64,000 bases of DNA. It comes from an uncultured delta proteobacterium. GTDB taxonomy: Bacteria > Desulfobacterota > Binatia > Binatales > Binataceae. Of this stretch, positions 9,572-17,775 are shown one piece after another. The stretch covers positions 1,248,001 to 1,312,000 of the forward strand of contig CAWCDG010000004.1 of NCBI GenBank assembly GCA_963794325.1, read 5' to 3'. The notes below the pieces were generated by a model. That model was given only the letters and a program-made list of their open reading frames with translations. It was not told the origin of the DNA and did no database searches. The position numbers and the translations under genes were made by a program. Within the stretch, counting starts at the first letter, position 1. The number at the start of each line of letters is the position of its first letter.

Positions 9572-10197
9572 ACAGACCGTCTGGTCATGTCAATCGCCAT
9601 GAGGCGTTCTACGCAGTTGGGACAGGCCCCGCAAGGCGTATCGCTCAGCAGTTGACATGAATAGGTTGATCCAATTGGGACCCGTAGGCGTTCGGCCTCC
9701 CTCACCACCTGCGCTTTTGACCAATTGCGGAACGGAATCTGGAACTTGACTGGTCCGACATCGGCAGCCAAGCTGTCGAGCTGGTTCAGAAATGTCGCCG
9801 AACAATCAATCTCTTTCGCGTGGTTACTATTTATGAAGCCACTGTAGACCTCGGTCAGGCCCCGCGTTTGGGCGCAGGAGGCGCCAGCCGAAAAGAACAG
9901 TAGGGTCCGGTATGGAACGTAAAGGTCCTCGTCCTCAACACGCTCACTCCAAAGGTCCGGCTCCCGAATAAGCCTTGAGCGAGAGCCTCTAAATATGCCG
10001 GAAATGTCAATCCTAGTGGGTGATGACAAGCCGCGATCTTTGGGAAGCACCTTCCGAACAGTGGCCCATTCCTTCTCAACGCAGTGTTGACCATAGTCGA
10101 AGAATACGGGTACGACCCCGATCTCACGCTCGCGAAGCCAATAGGCGACTGTGGTCGAATCCAGCCCGCCGGAGCATAGAAGTAGTACCTCAGGCAT
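9568..10197 (-). CDS. QueC-family PP-loop ATPase (7-cyano-7-deazaguanine synthase-like)
   Basis: LLCSGGLDS PP-loop, FDYGQ, YVPYR, Zn site TYSC-x7-CGACPNC..R; no queD, queE or folE alongside. Confidence 0.9.
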   Translation of the reverse strand: MPEVLLLCSGGLDSTTVAYWLREREIGVVPVFFDYGQHCVEKEWATVRKVLPKDRGLSSPTRIDISGIFRGSRSRLIREPDLWSERVEDEDLYVPYRTLLFFSAGASCAQTRGLTEVYSGFINSNHAKEIDCSATFLNQLDSLAADVGPVKFQIPFRNWSKAQVVREAERLRVPIGSTYSCQLLSDTPCGACPNCVERLMAIDMTRRSV

Positions 10198-11525
10198 TAG
10201 TTCCCTCTCCTTTCGCCAAGCAGATAGAAAACGGCATTGAGGCAGGAGTCCAGGTCGCGAGAATAATGGGCGGAACCCGCCATGACCATGGTGTTAGCAT
10301 TCTCGCCCATAGGGTCGAAAACCACCACCGGGATTCTGGACTGGATGGCCAGGCCGATCTCAACCAGCGTTCCCGGATCACGCGCGCTCGGAACAGCAAA
10401 GACGAGCTGACAATGTATTAGAAGATCGATGTCTGCCTGGTAGGTTCCCTGCAGCGTAGCAGCGTCAGAGCTAGGTGGCAGCTCGCCGTTCTCTACTATT
10501 GGCCGACGGACGCGGAAATTGTGGTATTGCAGTGAAGCCAATACCCGGTCGATGGCCGCTCGCTCGGCTCCAGCGAAATCTGGCGCAGCGAGGTAGATTG
10601 ACAGCTCCTGCCGTCGCTCCCAAGGCAGGGACGCTCCCCAAAGACCTCTCATCTCCTCGAGAGAAAGCTTAAGGTCCCGTTGCACATACGTCTTGAAGAG
10701 ATCGGGGTAGGTTGTCTGCGAATAAGCGGAGCTCGCGTAAGTCGCTCGCCAGCCGGCCTCAGCAATTCCTTTGCCGAGATGGACTACATAGGCCGCTGCA
10801 AATACGTCACCAACGCCTACCGAGTTCTCGGTTGTTCCGAGCTGCGCCGGCAGTGCCTCAACTTCGCCGCTTGAGACAGATACTAACCTGGAGCCGCCTC
10901 GATTTTCTTTCAGAATCACGGTTGAGGGATTGCTGCTCGAAAACGCCCTTACTACACCCATGATCCCGCCCCCTTGGATCGATCTAAATAGTTCGGAAGA
11001 CGTGGAGATAAGAACAGTCTCCACCAATTGCGGCAGGCCAGCGATTTCGACCGGATCCCTGATGTCGTATGCCGCGTCCACATGAACGCGAGCGTTTTGA
11101 GGTAAGAGCGTACTGGCCTCTTTCAAGCTGTAAGTGCCGGGAAATAGCAGGATTTCACTGCCAGCTGTGCTCTCTACCCGCGTTCTCGAAAGTCGGACGG
11201 TCTTCTCGTCCCGCAGCAAGGTTTCGTACCCTTGGTCTGCTACCTCCGTGGGATCAAAGATTACCGTTAGATTGGGGGCTCCCTTGACGATGCCGAGGAT
11301 GTGGAAATCGACGCATCCGAGCGCCTTAAAGTATTTGTTCGCTGAGTCGACCAAGTACTCTGGCAGGATCAGGGCGGCCCTGAAGGGGGCACCAAGAGCC
11401 CAGAACCCACGGGCCGCGTGTGCAACCCCGCCCAATCTTAGCTTGTTTTCCGTCCCGGACGCCGTAACAGTGAAGTCTACAAAGAGTTCGCCGACCAGGA
11501 GCGGGGCGCTTTCCGAGGCGGTCAT
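10197..11525 (-). CDS. PfkB-family kinase fused to a C-terminal nucleoside 2-deoxyribosyltransferase/nucleotide N-hydrolase domain
   Basis: VGELFVD...LGG at N-terminus; NSVGVGDVFAAAY anion hole; C-terminal IYLAAPDF...D..LL..C...DPGTLVEIGLA. Confidence 0.8.
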   Translation of the reverse strand: MTASESAPLLVGELFVDFTVTASGTENKLRLGGVAHAARGFWALGAPFRAALILPEYLVDSANKYFKALGCVDFHILGIVKGAPNLTVIFDPTEVADQGYETLLRDEKTVRLSRTRVESTAGSEILLFPGTYSLKEASTLLPQNARVHVDAAYDIRDPVEIAGLPQLVETVLISTSSELFRSIQGGGIMGVVRAFSSSNPSTVILKENRGGSRLVSVSSGEVEALPAQLGTTENSVGVGDVFAAAYVVHLGKGIAEAGWRATYASSAYSQTTYPDLFKTYVQRDLKLSLEEMRGLWGASLPWERRQELSIYLAAPDFAGAERAAIDRVLASLQYHNFRVRRPIVENGELPPSSDAATLQGTYQADIDLLIHCQLVFAVPSARDPGTLVEIGLAIQSRIPVVVFDPMGENANTMVMAGSAHYSRDLDSCLNAVFYLLGERRGN

Positions 11526-11914
11526 GGGCGATCTGGCACAAAATCAGCCCTCACGGACGCAAGTGGCGGGCCTGCCGTCCTAGCCGTCACACGACCTGGG
11601 TAAGTCCACCCATCTTGTAAGCAGGAAGCTAGATAGTTAAATGCCGTAGGGATGTTTCCTACGCTCTCACCGTTGACGGTCTCAGCTACCAGACGCTTCC
11701 TCAGCCGGATCCGGAGTTGCTCTCCGACTGGAGGCGGTGCACCGTGCGCCGCGTAGTAGTCAGAGTGTTCAATGTCCTCGAGGGACGTGCTCAAAGCCCG
11801 CCCACAACGATCCGATGGCGGGCTGCCGCCGCCCCCCTTGGGTCCGCCACCGCTCTTGTCCGTTTTAGAAGAGCCCGGATAGTCACTGATTCTGCCAGGA
11901 CCGCTGCTACCCAT
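11522..11914 (-). CDS. Small protein with Gly/Ser-rich N-terminal tail (MGSSG) and a putative HIRAN-like beta domain
   Basis: AGAGGGGG RBS; stop overlaps the next ATG; C-terminal VGEQLRI...GESVGNIP...YLASCL.DG..Y.GRV resembles HIRAN (by eye). Confidence 0.65.
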   Translation of the reverse strand: MGSSGPGRISDYPGSSKTDKSGGGPKGGGGSPPSDRCGRALSTSLEDIEHSDYYAAHGAPPPVGEQLRIRLRKRLVAETVNGESVGNIPTAFNYLASCLQDGWTYPGRVTARTAGPPLASVRADFVPDRP

Positions 11915-12200
11915 TGAAGTTCCCCCTCTCTAGCTATCCGTTTGCTAACGCTTCCCACCGGTCGCAGAACTCCGAAGGAGCGTAAGGTAAAGACAATATC
12001 AACCCCCGAGCTACACTAGTCCGTTCGGCGCGTCTCGAACAATCAAATCGGGAGCATATACCTTGAGCAACCTAACCTCGAACCAATAAGTCCCGATCCC
12101 GAAGTTGCGTAAAGCATATACTCCCCGAAGAATCCCGGATCCTTCTTTGCGTCTCCGGCCGACGCGCGTCTGCGCGCGGCGGGTGAGAGATCAAATTTCG

Positions 12201-13674
12201 CTAGTAGGACTTCGCGAAGATACGCGCGCTCGGTGGCGGGTTCGCCGCAGGCCAGGCATTTGCCGGCGACGCCGTCGTTGGTGAGCGGGATCGCGCGGCA
12301 AGTCGCCTTGGTTTCTTCGCGAATTTTCGTCTCGCACGCTGGATTTCCGCACCAGTAGATGTCGGCGAATCCGCCGCCGCCCTCGCCTTCCATATGCTTA
12401 CGAAAGACCGCGTAGTCGTCGAACTTTCGTGTGTTCGCGACCATCGCGACCTTCGCCTGCGCGTAGAGATTTTTTTGAATCTCGGCGAGCAGCGCGACGA
12501 CGGTCTCCGCGATCGTTGCGAGCGACGCCTTGGTTTTCGATTCCGGTCCCGACTTGTCGCGCCGCGCGAGCACCGCTTCACCTGACGCGACATCGCGCGG
12601 TCCGATCTCGATTCGCACCGGGACGCCGCGCATCTCCCAGTCGTTGAACTTGAAGCCCGGCGTCATGCCCTCGCGCTCGTCGATGCGCGCGCGTATGTTC
12701 GCCTTCATCAGAGCTTCCAACGCGGCACGCGCCGCCGCCAGCACGGTCGCGCCTTCCTCGGGTTTGCGGAAGATCGGCACGATGACCGCCTGCGTTGAGG
12801 CGACGGTCGGCGGTAGGCGCAGTCCCTGGTCGTCGCCGTGCGCCATTACGATTGCGCCGAGCAGGCGGGTCGATACGCCCCAACTCGTCTGCCACACGAA
12901 TTGCATCTGATTCTGATCGTCGAGGTAGCGGATCTCGAACGGCTTCGCGAAATTCTGGCCGAGAAAATGCGAAGTGCCGCATTGCAGCGCGCGCCCGTCG
13001 CCCATCAGCCCTTCAATTGAGTACGTCTCGACGGCACCAGGGAATCGTTCGGCAGCGCTTTTGCGTCCGACGATCAGCGGAATCGCGAGAAAGTCCTCGA
13101 CGAATTGACGGTACACTTCGAGCATCCCGAGCGTTTCGCTTTGCGCTTCCTCGGCCGTCGCGTGCGCGGTATGGCCTTCCTGCCAGAGGAACTCGGTGGT
13201 GCGCAGGAACATGCGGGTGCGCATTTCCCATCGGACGACGTTGCACCATTGATTGACCATCATCGGTAAGTCGCGATGCGATCGAATCCATTGCGCGAAC
13301 ATGTGATTGATGATCGTCTCGGAGGTCGGGCGCACGATTAGCGGCTCTTCGAGCTCCTTGCCGCCGCCGTGGGTGACGACCGCCAGTTCGGGCGCGAAGC
13401 CCTCGACGTGTTGCGCTTCCTTTTCCAGGAAGCTTTGCGGGATGAACAGCGGGAAGTAGGCGTTGCGCGCGCCGGTCTTCTTGATGCGGCGGTCGAGCTC
13501 GTCGCGCAGCGCCTCCCAAATCGCAAAACCGTCGGGGCGAAACACGATGCATCCGCGCACCGGCGAGTAGTCTGCCAGCTCCGCGCGCAGGCAGATGTCG
13601 TTGTACCACGCGGCGAAATCCTCGCTGCGCGGCGTTACCTTCTTTTCGTTCTGCTTATTTGGTTTGTCAGCCAT
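12201..13674 (-). CDS. proS: Proline-tRNA ligase, eukaryote/archaea type (apparent +1 frameshift near the C-terminus)
   Basis: RPTSET, QWCNVVRWE, FLRTTEFLWQEGHT, QTSWGVSTR; canonical FAKSY-stop end lies one base out of frame at ~12219-12222. Confidence 0.93.
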
Positions 13675-13755
13675 TCGTCTTGCGTGACGACTTTGATTAT
13701 CGTCAATTGATACAGTCTCCGGATAAAAGCGGCTGGAATCAACTTAGTCCGGAGC

Positions 13756-14499
13756 ATGCCCGAGGTGAAAGTCATGAAGCTGGAAGCCTGTGCAGCGGCC
13801 GTGGGCCTTGCGATCGCGTTTGTTGTACCGATGTTCGCGTCGGCGGTGTCGGCGCAAAGCGGTGAGAATGTTTTCGCCAAGCGGACGATCGAAGTTGACG
13901 GCAATGGCGAGACGCGCACGTCGCCCGACACTGCGGATTTGGATCTTGCGATCGATACGCAAGCGAAAACTGCCGAGGGAGCCGCGGCCCGCAACGCTGC
14001 GCTGGCGACGAAGGTGATCGACGCGCTCAAGGCGAAGCTCGGCGACAAGGGCAAGGTTACCACCGGCGGCTATTCGCTGGATCCACAATACGACCAGCAT
14101 CCGAACGCGAACCCGACGATCGTCGGCTACAACGCGCAGAACTCGGTGACGGTGAATACCAGTGCGCTGGACCTGGTTGGCGCGCTGATCGATTCGGCGA
14201 TTGCGGCGGGCGCGAATCGCGTCAACTCGCTGAACTTCAGCGTCAAGGACGACACTAAGGCGCGCACCGAGGCGATCGCGATTGCGACTCGCGACGCGCG
14301 CGCACAGGCAGAAGCGCTCGCGTCGGCGTTGGACGTGAAGCTCGGCAAGGTCCTCAAGGCGACGACGGTGTCGGAGGCGCGGCCGATTCCGATTCGGATG
14401 GGAAGGGCGATGGCGATGTCGGCGAACGTCGCGACACCGGTCGAACCGGGCGAGGTCACGGTGCCGGCGACGGTTTCTCTGACCTTCGAGATTGAGTAG
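13756..14499 (+). CDS. SIMPL/DUF541 domain periplasmic protein
   Basis: Signal peptide; V.G.GE...PD.A; AGANRV; PVEPGE..V...V.L.FE. Confidence 0.88.
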   Translation: MPEVKVMKLEACAAAVGLAIAFVVPMFASAVSAQSGENVFAKRTIEVDGNGETRTSPDTADLDLAIDTQAKTAEGAAARNAALATKVIDALKAKLGDKGKVTTGGYSLDPQYDQHPNANPTIVGYNAQNSVTVNTSALDLVGALIDSAIAAGANRVNSLNFSVKDDTKARTEAIAIATRDARAQAEALASALDVKLGKVLKATTVSEARPIPIRMGRAMAMSANVATPVEPGEVTVPATVSLTFEIE

Positions 14500-14510
14500 G
14501 TTTTGCTGCG

Positions 14511-15038
14511 ATGCTGAAGCCCGGCGATCCCGCTCCATCGTTCGATCTCGAATGTGCGCTTGACGGGCGTACTGCGCGCTGTAGTCTCGCTAAAATTGCC
14601 ACTCAGATGGTTCTGCTCTTTTTTTATCCGCGCGATTTTTCGTTCATTTGCCCGACCGAGGTCACCGGTTTCAACCAGGCGCTGAAGGAATTCGCCGCCG
14701 AGGACGCAACAATCGCCGGCGTCAGTATCGACAACGTGGACAGCCATCTTCGATGGGCGCGCGCGCTCGGCGGAATCAGCTACCCGTTGCTCGCCGATCC
14801 CGAGGGCAGTCTCGCGCGGGCTTACGGCGTTTTAGACGACGATGAAAAAGTTGCGTTGCGCGCGACGTTCATCCTCGATCGTAAACGCAACGTTGTGTAT
14901 GCCTCGTCGTGTCCGCTGAATATCGGGCGCAGCGTGAAAGAGACGCTTCGAATCGTGCGCGCGCTCCGCACCGGCCAACTTTGCCCTGCGGATTGGACGC
15001 CGGGCGTCGAGTTCGGTCCAACCGATCGCGACTTTTAG
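14511..15038 (+). CDS. Peroxiredoxin (AhpC/Prx1 type)
   Basis: FYPRDFSFICPTE peroxidatic Cys; GRSVKE.LR; LCPADW. Confidence 0.92.
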   Translation: MLKPGDPAPSFDLECALDGRTARCSLAKIATQMVLLFFYPRDFSFICPTEVTGFNQALKEFAAEDATIAGVSIDNVDSHLRWARALGGISYPLLADPEGSLARAYGVLDDDEKVALRATFILDRKRNVVYASSCPLNIGRSVKETLRIVRALRTGQLCPADWTPGVEFGPTDRDF

Positions 15039-15045
15039 GGCGAGC

Positions 15046-15771
15046 TTGGCCACAATCGATCCTGCGGACAAAAGGCGGCTCTTCGAGCGCCTCTCGAGCG
15101 TCCGCGAAATCGTGTTCGGAGTGCAGGACGGGGTGCTGACGACCGCGGGCGTGCTGTGCGGGCTCAGCGGCGCAGTCTCACAACACTCGCAGGTCGCGCT
15201 CGCCGCGCTGGCATCCACCGCGGCCGGTGCGCTTTCGATGGGTGCAGGAGCCTACCTGGGCGCGCGTGCGGAAACCGAGGTGTTGCGCGCCGAGCTCGAT
15301 CTGGTTCGCGCCGACGCTGTGGAAAAACCATACACCGTGCAGGAAGGATTGCTCGACGAGCTGTGCAAGGAAGGCCTCAGCCGCGAGACCGCTTTTCGCG
15401 TGGTCCGGTTACTCAGCACTTCGCCGAGGGCGCTCGAATCGACCGCCGAAGCAAAGATGTTCGGACTTGGCGGCTCGTTGCTCAGCACTCCCGCGCTCGA
15501 CGGACTCGTGATGGGAATTGCATTCCTGGTGGGCGCGGTGGTTCCGCTATTGCCGTATATGCTGATTACAATTCAGCGCTACGACCTTGGCGGCGCGCTG
15601 ACCGCGACCGCGCTCACTTTGTTCGGTGTCGGATATTTTGAGGGATGGCTCGCGCATCGGAACGATCGATGGCGATCGGGAATTCGCTTTCTGGCAATCG
15701 CGATGAGCGCGGCCGCGGCCGGCTATCTGATCGGGCTTGCGATCTCGCCACTCGGTGCGACCGCAGGCTAA
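15046..15771 (+). CDS. VIT1/CCC1 family Fe/Mn transporter
   Basis: REIVFGVQDGVLT; AGALSMGAGAYL; multiple TM helices. Confidence 0.88.
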   Translation: MATIDPADKRRLFERLSSVREIVFGVQDGVLTTAGVLCGLSGAVSQHSQVALAALASTAAGALSMGAGAYLGARAETEVLRAELDLVRADAVEKPYTVQEGLLDELCKEGLSRETAFRVVRLLSTSPRALESTAEAKMFGLGGSLLSTPALDGLVMGIAFLVGAVVPLLPYMLITIQRYDLGGALTATALTLFGVGYFEGWLAHRNDRWRSGIRFLAIAMSAAAAGYLIGLAISPLGATAG

Positions 15772-15781
15772 CCTTGTTTGC

Positions 15782-16033
15782 GTGAAAATTCCTGCGTATT
15801 CATCGCTGGCCGCATTTCTGGCTCATTATCGCGCGCTGAAGTCAGACTCTTCTCGCGGCGCTGACGACCAGCAACTATTTGCCGAAATGTCGGCGGTGTC
15901 TTCGACGCTCACGCCTGAGTCGCGTGCCGCGATCGATTCTATCGAGGACAGCGCCAGCGCGAAGCGTCATCGCGATCGCGCCGAAGTCCAGCTACGCCGC
16001 CAACTGGTAGCGCGCGGAATCCTCGCGGGCTGA
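15782..16033 (+). CDS. Hypothetical protein
   Basis: Fills the operon gap with host-like codon usage; GTG start inferred. Confidence 0.5.
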   Translation: MKIPAYSSLAAFLAHYRALKSDSSRGADDQQLFAEMSAVSSTLTPESRAAIDSIEDSASAKRHRDRAEVQLRRQLVARGILAG

Positions 16034-16036
16034 ACG

Positions 16037-16966
16037 ATGCTCGCTTACCTGGTACGACGAATCGTTTTTGGCGCCGCAGTTCTGATTGGAACTTCGATTA
16101 TCACGTTTGCGATAGAGTTCGTGGTGCCCGCCGATCCCGCGGTCACGATGGCCGGGGCGAAGGCCGACCCGCAAACTCTCGCCACGATCCGGACCGAGTT
16201 GGGCCTCGATCAGCCGGTGTACGTCCAGTACGCGCGCTATCTCGATCGCGCGCTTCATGGCGACCTCGGCCGTTCGTATATCCGTCGCGAGAACGTGACG
16301 ACGCTTATCGCCGATCGTTTCCCGGCAACTGCGTTGCTGGCCGGCGCGGCGATGGCGCTCTCACTGATTCTGGGAATCGCGATGGGCGCAATTGCCGCCG
16401 CGTATCGCGGCCGCGCTGCCGACAACGTGCTCCTGGTGATATCGCTGGCTTTCGTGTCGCTCCCGGTGTTCTGGCTGGGCACGATGCTGCTGATTGCGGT
16501 CGCCGCCACAGTCCGATCTTTTCCGCTCGGCGGTTACAGCGGCGCGACCAGCTTGATCCTGCCGACACTGACGCTCGCGCTCGGATCGGCCGGCTACTAT
16601 TCGCGGGTTCTTCACACCAGCCTGTGCGAGGCGTTCGATCAGGATTACGTGCGCACCGCGCGCGGCAAGGGTCTCTCCCGCGCCCGCGTGATTTTGAAGC
16701 ATGCGATGGCGAACGCGCTGCTGCCGCTGATCACACTCGCGGGCCTCGATCTCGCGGGGCTGCTTTCGGGCGTCGTCCTGACCGAGACGGTCTTCAACTG
16801 GCCGGGGATCGGCCGTCTTGCGGCCGACGCGATCTTCAATCTCGACATTCCGGTGATCATGGGCACGGTGCTGTTCTCCGCGTTCCTGATCGTCGTGGTC
16901 AATCTGCTGGTCGATCTGCTTTATGCGTGGATCGATCCACGCATTCGCCTGGCGGAGACCGGATGA
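16037..16966 (+). CDS. Peptide/nickel ABC transporter permease (DppB/OppB-like)
   Basis: GLDQP..VQY, GDLGRS, DYVRTARGKGL, ETVFNWPGIG. Confidence 0.93.
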   Translation: MLAYLVRRIVFGAAVLIGTSIITFAIEFVVPADPAVTMAGAKADPQTLATIRTELGLDQPVYVQYARYLDRALHGDLGRSYIRRENVTTLIADRFPATALLAGAAMALSLILGIAMGAIAAAYRGRAADNVLLVISLAFVSLPVFWLGTMLLIAVAATVRSFPLGGYSGATSLILPTLTLALGSAGYYSRVLHTSLCEAFDQDYVRTARGKGLSRARVILKHAMANALLPLITLAGLDLAGLLSGVVLTETVFNWPGIGRLAADAIFNLDIPVIMGTVLFSAFLIVVVNLLVDLLYAWIDPRIRLAETG

Positions 16967-17775
16967 AAATCGGCCGCTACGTCACGCTCGAAACCGTCGG
17001 CGCCGCGATGGTCGCCGTGCTGGTGATCGTCGCCGTCTTTGCGCCGATTCTCGCGCCGCACGATCCCACGATCGTCGTTGCGCCGACCTTTGGCGATCCC
17101 GGCGCGCCGTCGCGCGCATTTCCAATGGGCACCGACGAACTCGGGCGCGACGTGCTCTCGCGAATCATCTATGGCGCGCGAATTTCTCTGACCGTCGGCG
17201 TCGCCGCGATGGCCGTCACGATGACCATCGGTATCGCCATCGGGCTGTGCTCGGGCTTCTTCGGCGGCGCGGTCGATTTTGTCCTGATGCGCTTCACGGA
17301 CCTGATGCTGTCGCTGCCGCCGCTGCTGCTCGCGATGGCTCTGGTAGCGGTGCTGGGCCCGAGTCTGCGCACAATCTTCATCGTCATCGGACTCGTTTCA
17401 TGGACCTCGATCGCACGCGTGGTGCGGGCCGAAACTCTTACGATGTCGAAGCAGGATTTCGTGGTCGGCGCCGAAGCAATGGGCGCGCGGTCGCGCCGCG
17501 TGATCGCACTGCATATCCTGCCCAACGTTTTGCCGATCATCATCGTGATGGCCGCGCTGCGAACTTCCGATACGCTGCTGCTTGACGCGGCGCTCAGCTT
17601 CCTCGGGCTGGGCGTGCCGCCGCCGACGCCGAGCTGGGGCCGCATGATCGAGGAGGCGACGATTTATTTCCGCACCGCGCCGTGGCTCGCGACGTTTCCG
17701 GGTCTCGCGATTTTCTGGGCGGTGCTCAGCTTCAATCTTTTCGGCTACGGATTTCTGCGCAGGCGATCGAAATGA
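16963..17775 (+). CDS. Peptide/nickel ABC transporter permease (DppC/OppC-like)
   Basis: GTDELGRDVLSRIIYGARISL; LSFLGLGVPPPTPSWG; ATGA overlap. Confidence 0.93.
   Translation: MKIGRYVTLETVGAAMVAVLVIVAVFAPILAPHDPTIVVAPTFGDPGAPSRAFPMGTDELGRDVLSRIIYGARISLTVGVAAMAVTMTIGIAIGLCSGFFGGAVDFVLMRFTDLMLSLPPLLLAMALVAVLGPSLRTIFIVIGLVSWTSIARVVRAETLTMSKQDFVVGAEAMGARSRRVIALHILPNVLPIIIVMAALRTSDTLLLDAALSFLGLGVPPPTPSWGRMIEEATIYFRTAPWLATFPGLAIFWAVLSFNLFGYGFLRRRSK

Larger units (their letters stand above)
8778..12125. mobile_element. Non-autonomous transposon-like cassette with ~73-bp terminal inverted repeats and a target-site duplication; four cargo genes, no transposase
   Basis: Left end 8778-8850 is an imperfect reverse complement of right end 12052-12125; CGAAGAATCC is duplicated at 8768-8777 and 12126-12135; joining the flanks rebuilds the repeat seen intact at 158-196. 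Confidence 0.8.

Noticed and set aside
9568-10197. Housekeeping queC for queuosine synthesis
   Set aside because: No queD, queE or queF nearby; it lies in a mobile cassette coupled to unrelated genes, so no gene symbol was assigned.
12043-12200. Genuine C-terminal extension of ProRS (543-aa ORF)
   Set aside because: Arises from a single-base frameshift and runs through repeat DNA; the canonical end is at 12201.
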